Shown here: in pieces, positions 29,131 to 38,957 of the stretch
How positions within the stretch are numbered: the first letter of the stretch is position 1
Layout: each line of letters starts with the position of its first letter
Origin: a virus
Taxonomy: Duplodnaviria > Caudoviricetes
DNA: 64,000 bases
Virus record (IMG/VR): IMGVR_UViG_2671180604_000001
Location: 10,331-74,330 of that record
Reading direction: 5' to 3' (one strand)
Program-made: the position numbers and the translations under genes
The notes under the pieces: model-generated
Seen by the model: the letters and a program-made list of their open reading frames with translations, nothing else
Told to the model about the DNA's origin: nothing
Database searches by the model: none

Positions 29131-30303
29131 ATGTCTAATAATGATTCCTTTAAAAATGCATATCAACAAATGCAAGAATCACTTAAAAGTGGGCGATTGC
29201 GTAGAGATTTGCAGGGGCGTAGGAGTGCTGATAATCAGCAGCGTGCATTTGCTGAACGTGAAATTGAATATGATGAGTTTGGCAAGAAAATCCCAAAGCC
29301 TAGATTCTTACGCCCTGAGGATATTGCTCAGGGTGAAGAATATGATGCTGAACGTGCGCTTTATACTACGCTGGGTCTAAGAAAAGGGGAGCCAGTTAGA
29401 AAAATTACTCGTGATGATATTTTAGCGTTTCAAGACAATATCCTTTTGCTGAAGGATCAATATAAAAAAGGCATTACAGTACAAAATATTATCAATTTAA
29501 GTATGCAAGATGATATTGATCGTGCAAACCAGCAAATTCACATGGCTGTTCCTCTTAGTCGTAAAAGTGGTTTAGTTCACTTTCTCACGAATGCAGGTCC
29601 AGATAGTAAAGTTCAAAACCATCATGTAGAAGTTGAGTTTTCTAATTTCAATTCAGTCGTTTTTGATGTTCAAAAAGAAGCAATTAGTACTGTTAAAAAC
29701 AGACTTGCTAACGGGAAGATCAAATTTGAATGCGATTGTGAACGGCATACATTCTGGTATCGATATATGGCGACTATTGGCGGATATGGCTTAGGTCGCC
29801 AAGAGGGTGGATTTCCTAAGGTGCGTAATCCACATTTATCTGGTGTGGCTTGTAAGCATGTTTTACGAGTAGCGCAATGGATTATTTCACCAGCTGGTAT
29901 CCAATATCTCAAAAAACAAGTTGAAGCTGACCGAAAAAAACAAGTTGGTGCACGATATAAACTGTCAGATGCTCAAATTATTGAGCAACTTAATAAACAA
30001 AAAGCTGATTTAGAAACAGGTACCACAAAACAAATTGTTGGCAATATTCAAAAAGCTGAACAAGAAATGATGCGCCGTGCCGAAAAAGTCGCTAAAAAGC
30101 ACTTTGCTAAGCAATTGAAAGAGTTAAAAGCATTAGAAAACAAGATGCATAAATTAACAGTACAAGCCCAACTAGAGGCTGTGCTTCAAACACTGAGTAA
30201 AGATAAACAGACTCAAGCCAAACGTATGGCTGATCTATGGGTGAGAAATGAAATTACTCAAGTTGATTTTGATATTTACATGCGAGGTCTAAATGCTAAA
30301 TAG
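29131..30303 (+). CDS. SWIM zinc-finger phage protein
   Basis: FECDC...ACKHV motif. Confidence 0.65.
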   Translation: MSNNDSFKNAYQQMQESLKSGRLRRDLQGRRSADNQQRAFAEREIEYDEFGKKIPKPRFLRPEDIAQGEEYDAERALYTTLGLRKGEPVRKITRDDILAFQDNILLLKDQYKKGITVQNIINLSMQDDIDRANQQIHMAVPLSRKSGLVHFLTNAGPDSKVQNHHVEVEFSNFNSVVFDVQKEAISTVKNRLANGKIKFECDCERHTFWYRYMATIGGYGLGRQEGGFPKVRNPHLSGVACKHVLRVAQWIISPAGIQYLKKQVEADRKKQVGARYKLSDAQIIEQLNKQKADLETGTTKQIVGNIQKAEQEMMRRAEKVAKKHFAKQLKELKALENKMHKLTVQAQLEAVLQTLSKDKQTQAKRMADLWVRNEITQVDFDIYMRGLNAK

Positions 30304-31165
30304 TGCAGTCAATCGAGTAGCAAATGGCCGTCATTTAGCTGCAAGACGAGTTGTCATGAATACGCTAGGGAGTATTCCATGCCAAATATGGCGCAAAAGA
30401 ATTGTATACAGCAATCCAGCAGATGCTCATTCACCAATTGATCCACTTTCATTTGAGGCAAACGCTTTATCAATCCAAGATGAACCTAACTATGAATATG
30501 ATCATTTAGGTTTCGCGTATGTTCTAGCAGACAAATTTAACGGAGGTATGATTCATAAAAATAACAGTATGAATAACCCAAGTGACTTGACCTTGATTGT
30601 TCAAATCGCTGCTTACAATGCTGATTTAGACACTTTAACAGAGCAGATTAATGAAATACCTGATACCCAATTTCAAGAAGGTGACTTGCTTGCTTTGATG
30701 ATCTATCAAGGATTCATTGTTTGGTTTGAAATCGTTGGAATCACAGGGCAAACGTTGATGTCAGACTTTGGTAAAAAGTATGTATTAAACAGACGAGATG
30801 AGTTGGGAGTTGATCCAGTTCTAAGCGAAGTAAAGTTAAGGGTGGCCATCAAAGTGTTAAGTGATCTAATAGAGTTCAAACGTGGCGAAGTTTTTAATAC
30901 AGCAATAAGTTTTACAGACAAAGAAAATAACCAAATCCTTGAGCTCACAGATGATATGCAGATTACAGCTCAAGTTAAATCAAAAGACGGTCAAATCATA
31001 TCTGCTTTACAGGTCCAAAAAGATGAAGATCAAGTAGGACGCGTTTGGGTGGAATCTATAGCAGATAGTAGCCTATGGCAGTCAGGCTATGCCCAATTAG
31101 AAGTCATTATTAAGCAAAATGAAATCGTAATAGGTGAACACATATTGCCTTTCAAGGTGGTGTAA
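30293..31165 (+). CDS. Virion protein (neck-like N-terminus, BppU-like C-terminus)
   Basis: C-terminal KRGE.F...I.F.D.....DL...I.AQV pattern. Confidence 0.45.
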   Translation: MLNSAVNRVANGRHLAARRVVMNTLGSIPCQIWRKRIVYSNPADAHSPIDPLSFEANALSIQDEPNYEYDHLGFAYVLADKFNGGMIHKNNSMNNPSDLTLIVQIAAYNADLDTLTEQINEIPDTQFQEGDLLALMIYQGFIVWFEIVGITGQTLMSDFGKKYVLNRRDELGVDPVLSEVKLRVAIKVLSDLIEFKRGEVFNTAISFTDKENNQILELTDDMQITAQVKSKDGQIISALQVQKDEDQVGRVWVESIADSSLWQSGYAQLEVIIKQNEIVIGEHILPFKVV

Positions 31166-31167
31166 CA

Positions 31168-32394
31168 ATGAAAACTTTAGCACGTATTAATTTATCTGGT
31201 GATCGTCCAAATCGTTGGGGTAAAGTTCAAGGTAACCTATCTGATCAGACAGATTTAAATGAAGCATTACAAGGAAAAACAAATAAAGAAGAAACGGCTG
31301 TATTGGTTGAAAATATAAATCAAGTGCAGGTTTTGGCTCAAACTAATGAGTTAAAGCTAAGTAACAAGGCTGATCAAATTGATTTCGAAAATGCCCAAAT
31401 TCAAGTCGAAGTAAACCGCCTTTCAATTCTCACGAAAGCTGATATTCAAGCTTTAGCGTTATTGACTCAATTAGTTGATACAAAAGCAGACCAAGCATAT
31501 GTTAATCAGCAGATTGCTGATCTAGTTGGTTCAGCTCCAGAGGCTTTAAATACAATTTATGAGCTTGCAGCTGCTATCCAAAATGATCAGAGTATCATTG
31601 GTACACTCAATCAATCGGTTGCTAATCGTGTTCGTTTTGATGTTGCTACACAAGCGCTTACAGAGCTTCAAAAGCAAAATGCCCGTACAAATATCGGTGC
31701 TGAAAAGTTAGGGACAGCGCAAGAACTTGTGAGTCAAATCACTGCTCAAAGCTTAGGAGCAGCAACGGCTGCGCAAGGTTTAAAAGCTGATACAGCATTA
31801 CAAAGTGTGGATGTTGCGCCAGTTGCCTTAACGGGACTTTTTTCGAGTTTGGCAAATCAAAACAAAATCTTTGATGTAATCTTTAATAATTATTCCATTG
31901 GTTCTAATACAGTTATATCTGCTACTGATTCATTGGGACAAATGCTTGCAAAACTTCAAGCTCAAATAAGTAATTTCAACGCTGGCAGCAACAGCTTTGA
32001 TTGGGTAAAAGCTGAAGACATTGCAGGCTTTACTATCCAAAGTCCAATCGTCCACAAGTCTCTTAAATTTGCAAAAAAAGATGGTTTGTTGTGGATTAGT
32101 GGTTGTTTACAAGCAACAGGATTTTTCGGAGCTGGACTCAAACTTTTTAATATTTCAAATCCAGCTTACATGATTGAACAACATGTAACGAATACCTATG
32201 GTGCCGAGTCTCAAGTCTCAATCATGCGAGCTAATTACTACACAGTTCAATACTTTGCTGCACCAACAAATGGTAATGGACTTGCAACTTTTTACGTGCT
32301 TGGTAATAACTTGTACGTCAAGATGCAATATCAAATACCTAGCGAAGGTGGGTGGATTGCTTTTGATCCAACACCTATTGGCAAGCTTTTATGA
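31168..32394 (+). CDS. Fibre protein
   Basis: WG...G.LSDQTDL, KAD repeats, LVGSAPEALNT..ELA.A, Q.QNAR.NIGA. Confidence 0.75.
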   Translation: MKTLARINLSGDRPNRWGKVQGNLSDQTDLNEALQGKTNKEETAVLVENINQVQVLAQTNELKLSNKADQIDFENAQIQVEVNRLSILTKADIQALALLTQLVDTKADQAYVNQQIADLVGSAPEALNTIYELAAAIQNDQSIIGTLNQSVANRVRFDVATQALTELQKQNARTNIGAEKLGTAQELVSQITAQSLGAATAAQGLKADTALQSVDVAPVALTGLFSSLANQNKIFDVIFNNYSIGSNTVISATDSLGQMLAKLQAQISNFNAGSNSFDWVKAEDIAGFTIQSPIVHKSLKFAKKDGLLWISGCLQATGFFGAGLKLFNISNPAYMIEQHVTNTYGAESQVSIMRANYYTVQYFAAPTNGNGLATFYVLGNNLYVKMQYQIPSEGGWIAFDPTPIGKLL

Positions 32395-32412
32395 AAATGT
32401 CCAAAGTGGTTT

Positions 32413-32452
32413 TGGAACCTTAGAGAATAAAAATAGTATTTTCTTTAAGAAT
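32413..32452 (+). promoter_or_regulatory. Putative late promoter
   Basis: TGGAAC-N29-AGAAT. Confidence 0.6.
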
Positions 32453-32485
32453 GTCTATATCAAATTAAGTGAAGTAATAAAGTTA

Positions 32486-32788
32486 ATGACTTATTTAGTT
32501 TTCAAAGAAAAAGGCAAGAATATAGGTGATAAAGGCATGGTTGCTCAATGCACTTCTGCTATTTTTAATTACCAGGTGATCGGTGCAGGGGCAGTGGTTG
32601 AATTCTTTGGTAGTAATCATCCTTCTCCCGATATTAGCGATGAAGATCATTGGATCACTATTGCGACAATCACCGCTGGTATTCCTGACACAGAACCATT
32701 TCGACAACATGCGTGGGATAAATTGCGCTATGTTGTAACCGCAGGTAATGATGTTGAAATCTATGTTTCAAGTGGTGTATCTGGCTAA
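32486..32788 (+). CDS. Small beta-sandwich virion/decoration protein
   Basis: 100-aa ORF from ATG 32486 behind its own TGGAAC box; terminator follows. Confidence 0.55.
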   Translation: MTYLVFKEKGKNIGDKGMVAQCTSAIFNYQVIGAGAVVEFFGSNHPSPDISDEDHWITIATITAGIPDTEPFRQHAWDKLRYVVTAGNDVEIYVSSGVSG

Positions 32789-32864
32789 ACTTTAATTTTT
32801 TTTAAGAAAGCTCATCGATGTATGGGCTTTTTTTACATCTGAATAAGTCAAATTAAATAGCAAT

Positions 32865-32904
32865 TGGAACTGAACAAAATCAGGAATTTTCTACATGCGA
32901 AATT
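32865..32904 (+). promoter_or_regulatory. Putative late promoter (capsid)
   Basis: TGGAAC-N28-GAAATT. Confidence 0.6.
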
Positions 32905-32943
32905 AGGTTATCAATTTTCATAAACCTATTTGCAGGTGAAAAA

Positions 32944-34698
32944 ATGTCAGTTTTATCTGATCCACAAAATGCACAATACCAGACGCAATTGTCCTCAACT
33001 GCTGAGTGTCAAAAATATTTCTACCAGAATGAAGATGCAGCTGGTTTTGATAGTGCAAATAATATGGTTGAAACTAGACCTAGTGCATTAAATAAAATTT
33101 TAGAAATCGTCGGCTTTGATAGTGCATCTGATATTGATAAAGCAATCAATGTTGGTTTATCTCAATATCAATACTGTCACGGTGGTGAATTACCTCATGC
33201 GTCAGTGTTAGCAACTGCTTTAGATGCAGGTTTAACTATTGCAAGCAAAATTAAACCTTTGGCTGATTCATTTCAAAAATTTGAAGATGGTTTTGATGAT
33301 GTAAGTAATACTCATCAAGAATCTGTCAGTATCGTACCAGCAATAACAGTAGCAACTATTGCAACTTTAATTGCTTTCGCAACACCGATCATTGCGTATA
33401 TTCCTAACAGTAATGGTTCAAATGAAGTGCCAATTGTTGCAGTTCGATTTACTACTGACCGTTCATTTGGTGCAATGAACAAAGGTGAATATTTAGATGG
33501 TGTGAATGCGTCTAAACCATACACAGAAGGGCGCTTCCGCTTTGTTCTTAACAATGGTGGTGCTGGTACCACATATACTGCAACTGCTCATACAAAGTAT
33601 GCAGACTTTGCAGCTAAGACTGCTGACACAACTGCACCATTGTTGCCATTCATCGGTGGGAATATTTCGATTCGTATCAATGGCAAAGAAGTAGCGCATA
33701 CCCGTAATCGTAGTAAATCGAAACTATCTGGTCAAATTTCAGCGATTGCTGAAAAATCTGCAAAAATTGCAGGTGTTGAATACAAAGTAACTGCAAGCAC
33801 AATTAATTTAGACACAAGTGCAATTTCAGTAACTTTAGATCAAGCCTTACCAAATGGGGCGAAATTAGAAGTGTTCTTGGTTGCTGACTATGATGCACGA
33901 GATAACTCAAATAAATTTAAGCTTGATCCTGTTGGCGTAAGCATCGCTACAGATTATGAAACCTTGGTGAGCTCTCCAATTGTTACGCAAATTCGAGCTT
34001 CAAAACTATTGGTCAATCAGATTACCAATGAATTGAATGTTGGTTTTGTGGGAACAGCACTGTCATTGATGCAGGGCAAAATTTACCTTGAACAAACAGT
34101 ACGTTTGTTAGGTGAAGGAAAAGAACGTGCTATCTACAATGAACGGGAATTTACTTTTGATGCTAGCCGTGGTGTCACAGGTAATTTAGCTGCTGCTTAC
34201 AATACATCTGGTGACTTGTTCGGTGAGTTCATGAAGTATCTTGAAGCTGCCAAAATCGGCATTGTACAGGATACTGGCGGTGCATCAGTCGGCTTTGATT
34301 TGTACGTGGGTGATAATGCGAAAGTGTTTTTTGCTCAACTATCATCTGACAAAATGCCGACTAAAACAGGTGCAACTGCTGGACATGGTCAAATTGTTCG
34401 TATCGGCACATTAGCAGATGGAACCAACGTTTATCATATTCCAAGTTCTGCTGATGTTCTGGTTGAAGCAGATCAAGCATTTGAAATGTTATTGGTTGGA
34501 CGTGGTAGTGAACCAGTACGAAATCCACTCGTTGGCTTTATTGAGATGCCATTAACGGTTAGTGAAGCCACACCTGATCCGCGAGAAAGCTTGCTTGGAT
34601 TAATGGGTTCACAAGCTGCTGAACTCAATCCTATTGATCGTTATTCAGATCAGTTTGCTTTACTCAACGCGATCAACATGCCAAGACTCAAAAGTTAA
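32944..34698 (+). CDS. Major capsid protein precursor
   Basis: 584 aa, strong RBS and terminator, IGTL.DG..VY motif near the C-terminus, N-terminal propeptide-like region. Confidence 0.7.
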   Translation: MSVLSDPQNAQYQTQLSSTAECQKYFYQNEDAAGFDSANNMVETRPSALNKILEIVGFDSASDIDKAINVGLSQYQYCHGGELPHASVLATALDAGLTIASKIKPLADSFQKFEDGFDDVSNTHQESVSIVPAITVATIATLIAFATPIIAYIPNSNGSNEVPIVAVRFTTDRSFGAMNKGEYLDGVNASKPYTEGRFRFVLNNGGAGTTYTATAHTKYADFAAKTADTTAPLLPFIGGNISIRINGKEVAHTRNRSKSKLSGQISAIAEKSAKIAGVEYKVTASTINLDTSAISVTLDQALPNGAKLEVFLVADYDARDNSNKFKLDPVGVSIATDYETLVSSPIVTQIRASKLLVNQITNELNVGFVGTALSLMQGKIYLEQTVRLLGEGKERAIYNEREFTFDASRGVTGNLAAAYNTSGDLFGEFMKYLEAAKIGIVQDTGGASVGFDLYVGDNAKVFFAQLSSDKMPTKTGATAGHGQIVRIGTLADGTNVYHIPSSADVLVEADQAFEMLLVGRGSEPVRNPLVGFIEMPLTVSEATPDPRESLLGLMGSQAAELNPIDRYSDQFALLNAINMPRLKS

Positions 34699-34709
34699 TT
34701 GAAGAAAAT

Positions 34710-34734
34710 AAAAGGCGCTTAAATGCGCCTTTTT
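34710..34734 (+). terminator. Rho-independent terminator
   Basis: AAAAGGCGC-TTAAAT-GCGCCTTTTT. Confidence 0.8.
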
Positions 34735-34752
34735 GTTACCTAATAATATTAA

Positions 34753-35370
34753 TTGGTGAAGAAGATGACAGAAACAAATGATGTAGTGAAACCAAAACGT
34801 GGACCAAAACCTAAAAATGCTCAAATTGAATCAAAACAACAGGAACAAGGACAAGCGCCGTCAATTGATCCTGAAACTAAAAAAGACGACGAAACTATCG
34901 TTGTTGAAAAAATAGTTGAAAAAGACAATTCTGACGTTTCAGTTAAAAGCAGTGATGCAGATCAAAAAGGCGATGAAACTAGCAATTCTGATCTTGCCTT
35001 GAAAACAGCTGAAAATGGTACTGTGAAATCTGATCTTTCTTCATCTCAAGTTGAAATTGCTCAAGATGAATCAAAAGAACAACAACAAGCACAAACGCCG
35101 TCAATTGATCCTGAAACTAAAAATGACGACGAAACTATCGTTGTTGAAAAAGTAGCTGAATCTAATTCAAGCCAGATAAATGCATTGGTTATAGAAGTTA
35201 GAAATTTGGGGTTAAGAGCGATCTTTGAACCGATTTCAAAAACAACTATTGCACCAGGTCAAACCTTAAAAATTGAATGTTCAACACTTTCAGTTAAGCA
35301 ATCTGTTCTCAATAACCTGAAACAGTTTATTGATTTAGGCAAAAATTTAGAGGTTGTACAGAATGACTGA
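34753..35370 (+). CDS. Hypothetical protein with disordered repeat N-terminus
   Basis: Acidic low-complexity region with internal duplication, small folded C-terminal domain. Confidence 0.7.
   Translation: MVKKMTETNDVVKPKRGPKPKNAQIESKQQEQGQAPSIDPETKKDDETIVVEKIVEKDNSDVSVKSSDADQKGDETSNSDLALKTAENGTVKSDLSSSQVEIAQDESKEQQQAQTPSIDPETKNDDETIVVEKVAESNSSQINALVIEVRNLGLRAIFEPISKTTIAPGQTLKIECSTLSVKQSVLNNLKQFIDLGKNLEVVQND
34818..35160 (+). repeat. Intragenic ~100-bp imperfect direct repeat, 240-bp period
   Basis: PSIDPETK.DDETIVVEK encoded at ~34818-34920 and ~35058-35160. Confidence 0.9.
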
Positions 35371-35638
35371 GTATAACGGCACAAATCCTTTACTTGATGC
35401 TTTAGGTGATGAACATATTATTCGTGATGTCACATTTTTAAATAACGATCCATCAAAGATCATTGAACCTTTAACAGGCATTCATTTAGTCTACCTTCAG
35501 GAAATCACAATTCGTGTGATAGGTGATGCAGCTTTTGAGCAAATTAAAAATAACATTGATCAATTGAATAGCTTGAAAGGTGATGTTATTGAACTCGATT
35601 TTGAGTTAGTAGATGACGTTGTAGATCCTGAAGAATAA
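35363..35638 (+). CDS. Hypothetical protein, paralogous to the C-terminal domain of the upstream gene
   Basis: Shared N...I.EP...I...Q..NN..Q pattern. Confidence 0.6.
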   Translation: MTEYNGTNPLLDALGDEHIIRDVTFLNNDPSKIIEPLTGIHLVYLQEITIRVIGDAAFEQIKNNIDQLNSLKGDVIELDFELVDDVVDPEE

Positions 35639-35656
35639 CTTTTGAAAACTAAATTC

Positions 35657-35683
35657 AAAACTCTGCTAAATGCAGAGTTTTTT
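35657..35683 (+). terminator. Rho-independent terminator
   Basis: AAAACTCTGC-TAAAT-GCAGAGTTTTTT. Confidence 0.75.
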
Positions 35684-35688
35684 CATAT

Positions 35689-35728
35689 TGGAACATAAGA
35701 GATTTTAAATAAACCACAAGTGCAAAAT
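35689..35728 (+). promoter_or_regulatory. Putative late promoter
   Basis: TGGAAC-N29-AAAAT. Confidence 0.7.
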
Positions 35729-35758
35729 AACTAAAACGTTTAGCCAAAGGCAAACAAA

Positions 35759-36061
35759 GTGAACACAACAAAGATATTAGGTGAGGCGGTCGGGATTCAA
35801 AGCCAAGGCACCATCGACAAAACTGAAACACAAACGAATGAAGGGCTAACTTCAGCATTAATTATAGGTCGGTTTCTGCGCGGTCGAGTCGATAAGCCGA
35901 TGACCATTCATCAAGGCAATATACGCGGTCAATTGGGTTATCAGCCAGACAACATCGATTATATCGCCGTCCAAGACTGCTTAGATACAGGCGTGCCCAG
36001 CGTCCAAGTGTTACGGGTTGGTCAAACCTTAGATTCTGAAGAAGCTGAACAGCCTCAATAA
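35759..36061 (+). CDS. Stand-alone sheath-N-terminus-like protein
   Basis: IIGRF.RG.VDKP..I...V.VLRV resembles tail sheath N-termini; 84/88 aa identical to the start of 54208-55215. Confidence 0.65.
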   Translation: MNTTKILGEAVGIQSQGTIDKTETQTNEGLTSALIIGRFLRGRVDKPMTIHQGNIRGQLGYQPDNIDYIAVQDCLDTGVPSVQVLRVGQTLDSEEAEQPQ

Positions 36062-36071
36062 TGGAGTAGCT

Positions 36072-37355
36072 ATGACAAACTTAAAATTAGCCAGTAACGG
36101 GACATTGTCTACTGGTGGAAATGGAGCTGCTGTATTAAGCCTATTCTTGAGCACTTACAGTTTTTTAGAAAATACTGAACTTGAAGTTGCATTTTTCAGT
36201 AAGAAAAATATTCCGACAGTGTTGTCAGACATCAACCTTCGGTTACGAATTATTGATTCAACAACGGGTGATGAAGTAATTAAAATACAGGGCACAATCG
36301 ATAATGATCCTGATAATTTAGCTTCAATTGTCGCTGTAGCTGATGCAACTGAGGAATTTGAGCAATTCGACTTACAATTTGATGATGCTTTAAGCTCAAT
36401 TTTATTAAGTAGTGCTTACAATCCACCAAATAGTCTTGGTCGAAATAAAGAAGTTTTAGCATTATTTGATGAAATGCCTCCTCCTTTTGATGCAGATGCA
36501 ACTTATACATTGATTGCCAATTTAGTTGATACGCCAAGTTATTTGGTTTTACCTTCAACTGATCAATTAAGTATTTATGTCGCGATATTGCGTGCAGCTG
36601 AAAAATTAAATATCCCTTTGGATATTGAAGTTGATTCTACTCTGACACCTGAACAAGTTGCCCAATTTGCTGAAAGCTTGGATGCTCAATCGCATCAAGT
36701 TCAACTGATATGGTCGCCTAACGTATGTCGTCCACGTGACGCAGTTTCACTACGGGGTCGTAAAGTACCTGCTACTTATATAGGTCAATACATTGGTGAC
36801 AAACTGCTTCGCAATGCGCGTACAAATGCGCAAGGTTTTGCGCCCATTCACTATGCAGTAGCTTGGAAAGACTATCCGTTTAAGAAAAAAGCATTAGAAC
36901 TTCGTCCAGATGTTGTACTCGATGAACCAACATTGGAAATACTTGCTCAAGCAAAAGTAAATGTAGTTCGTCCAATTAAATTTGAGCGAGTCCTATACGT
37001 GCTTAGTGATGTTCTTACACAACGTCAAAGTAAAAACAGTGCATTACGTTTAGTCAATGCAGCTGAAATTGCGATGCGCACTAAAAATGATGCTGTGAAT
37101 ATTCTTAAAAATCATATGTTGAAACCAACTGAAGATTATTTAGAAAAAGCCAGCAAAGAAATTGAGAAATACTTATCGACTGCTGCTACTTCAGGATGGT
37201 TAAAACCTGCTGAAGATTTGAATGGCAAGCCTTACGCATTCCGTTTGACTCCTGACAATGATTTCCCTTTTGAGAGAGTGCGATTGTATTTAGCACGCCG
37301 ACCAGAAGGTGCAACTCGTTCCGTAGTCTTTGATGAAGATGTTTTAGTTAAATAA
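36072..37355 (+). CDS. Tail sheath protein
   Basis: C-terminal L....VN.V, SAL..VN, I..YL......GWL, V.L...P pattern. Confidence 0.7.
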   Translation: MTNLKLASNGTLSTGGNGAAVLSLFLSTYSFLENTELEVAFFSKKNIPTVLSDINLRLRIIDSTTGDEVIKIQGTIDNDPDNLASIVAVADATEEFEQFDLQFDDALSSILLSSAYNPPNSLGRNKEVLALFDEMPPPFDADATYTLIANLVDTPSYLVLPSTDQLSIYVAILRAAEKLNIPLDIEVDSTLTPEQVAQFAESLDAQSHQVQLIWSPNVCRPRDAVSLRGRKVPATYIGQYIGDKLLRNARTNAQGFAPIHYAVAWKDYPFKKKALELRPDVVLDEPTLEILAQAKVNVVRPIKFERVLYVLSDVLTQRQSKNSALRLVNAAEIAMRTKNDAVNILKNHMLKPTEDYLEKASKEIEKYLSTAATSGWLKPAEDLNGKPYAFRLTPDNDFPFERVRLYLARRPEGATRSVVFDEDVLVK

Positions 37356-37367
37356 ATAGGTGATGAA

Positions 37368-38144
37368 ATGTTAGGTGCAAATAATCCGTTTAATCAAAAA
37401 CCGCAAAAAAATGTATTGAGAGCATTTGATTCTGCTGCTGCAGAAATTAGTAGCAGTGTTAAAACACTGACAAGTTCAATAAGAGAAGAACTTTCATTTA
37501 TCGAACATGTTCGAGAATTAGCTTTGAATATTGTTTCTGATCTTGTTGACGCGGTCACAGACAATACTTTAGATGAAGAAGAGTTGCCGACTGATCGACT
37601 TGATTTTCTAATTCTTGATGCGCTAGATGGTGCAGATGATGAAAATAGCACATTAGAAAATGCATTAGTTTCTTCTATTGATGATGCATTATCTAGCTTT
37701 GGAGTAGATGACTCAGTGATTGCTGAAATCTTTAGTGATAATGTTGAAGCTGCTGATGCTGCTATTGAAGCTGCTGCAAGCACAGTGATTGCCAATATGC
37801 CAGATGATGGTGATCCGTTAGATGAACTTGTACGAGAGTTTATCTATGGAGAACCCGATGAGGAAGAAGGTTTTGACTCGGTTGGGGGTAAGAAAAAGCT
37901 TTCACGCGGTCAGATGTCTACGAAATCAGTTGGTGGTCGTAAAGTACGTTATAAGGCGATTGCAGCAATCCGTAACGGTGTAAAAAAGATTGTGAATAAG
38001 CGTTTACCCGGTCAACGTATTCGTCTTTCAAGTGAACAAAAAGCTGGGCTTAAAAAGGCAAGTTTAAAATCGCGTTCAGCGAATTCATTGAGAAAACGTA
38101 TGAAGTCTTTGCTCAAAGGTAAAAAGATTGGTTTGTATAAATAA
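37368..38144 (+). CDS. Prohead core-like protein (acidic middle, very basic C-terminus)
   Basis: D/E-rich residues ~20-170, K/R-rich last ~85 aa. Confidence 0.55.
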   Translation: MLGANNPFNQKPQKNVLRAFDSAAAEISSSVKTLTSSIREELSFIEHVRELALNIVSDLVDAVTDNTLDEEELPTDRLDFLILDALDGADDENSTLENALVSSIDDALSSFGVDDSVIAEIFSDNVEAADAAIEAAASTVIANMPDDGDPLDELVREFIYGEPDEEEGFDSVGGKKKLSRGQMSTKSVGGRKVRYKAIAAIRNGVKKIVNKRLPGQRIRLSSEQKAGLKKASLKSRSANSLRKRMKSLLKGKKIGLYK

Positions 38145-38154
38145 AAGCATCCAG

Positions 38155-38214
38155 TTGACATTCTAATTAATCATACTAATATAAGTGTATTACAAAATAG
38201 TTTGTAATACACTT
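38155..38214 (+). promoter_or_regulatory. Sigma70 promoter with 14-bp inverted-repeat operator
   Basis: TTGACA-N16-TAATAT, then AAGTGTATTACAAA-ATAG-TTTGTAATACACTT. Confidence 0.7.
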
Positions 38215-38903
38215 TGGTGCGTACTATGGTTATGAAAAAGCAAAATCGTCCATTAAGTTTACGAATTGACGATTCACAGCAACCTTATATCGATCTTTTA
38301 AACCGAGCAAGCTTGTCTACAAGTGAGGGTATTCGAATGTTAATTGAGCGTTCTTTAAATCAAATTAATCAAATTGATTTATCAAATTTTAATGTAAATA
38401 TCGAATTTAATTGGAATAAAACTTCCAATAATTCATTTCCAGAAAATGTTGGGTGTTTGCGCGTTAATGTTACACCACCGCAAAATCTGAGTAATGAAGA
38501 CTTACACAGAATCGTTTTTTTGATTCCTGAGTTTTTAAAAAGTAATGCCACCAATAGCAGTGAATATGAGCCGTTTCGTATAGATTCATATTATTTTCAT
38601 AGAGCAACTAATGGAAGAGTTGGATTCGAAAGTACGAAAGTACGTAGAAATACACTGGGATTTAGATTAATTGATAACAAATGGAGAGCTGGAATTTTTT
38701 ATTATGATTTCAATGAAATTGATTTAAAAGCTTTAGAAACTGAAATAACGCAACGCTTAAAAGAGCATATTGAATCATCGATTATTCTTTTTATGATTGG
38801 GCAATTATCTGTAGAAAGGGTTCTAAAGGATGATGAACTAAAAACTTTTAATTCGATTACATATAAACACAATATTGAAGCAAGTGATCTGTCTTTTGAA
38901 TAA
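38214..38903 (+). CDS. Ribbon-helix-helix protein with uncharacterised C-terminal domain (moron; true start probably a few codons downstream)
   Basis: LSLRIDD...STSEGIRMLI RHH pattern. Confidence 0.6.
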   Translation: MVRTMVMKKQNRPLSLRIDDSQQPYIDLLNRASLSTSEGIRMLIERSLNQINQIDLSNFNVNIEFNWNKTSNNSFPENVGCLRVNVTPPQNLSNEDLHRIVFLIPEFLKSNATNSSEYEPFRIDSYYFHRATNGRVGFESTKVRRNTLGFRLIDNKWRAGIFYYDFNEIDLKALETEITQRLKEHIESSIILFMIGQLSVERVLKDDELKTFNSITYKHNIEASDLSFE

Positions 38904-38957
38904 AATTTTAATGATGGTTTAGAATAAAATTTGCTAAACCATCGCCTTTTAATAATT

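Noticed and set aside
27303-32394. P1-type invertible tail-fibre segment (cin/cix)
   Set aside because: No invertase and no inverted fibre cassette seen.
32198-32485. 5' extension of ORF 32198-32788
   Set aside because: Overlaps the fibre gene and spans a TGGAAC promoter; ATG 32486 is the more plausible start.
36072-37355. FD dipeptides in the sheath (FDL, FDD, FDE, FDA) as cleavage sites
   Set aside because: None is FDS and the sheath is not a head protein. Kept as a caveat that FD alone is not specific; single FDS hits in the tail fibre and AraC are likewise treated as background.
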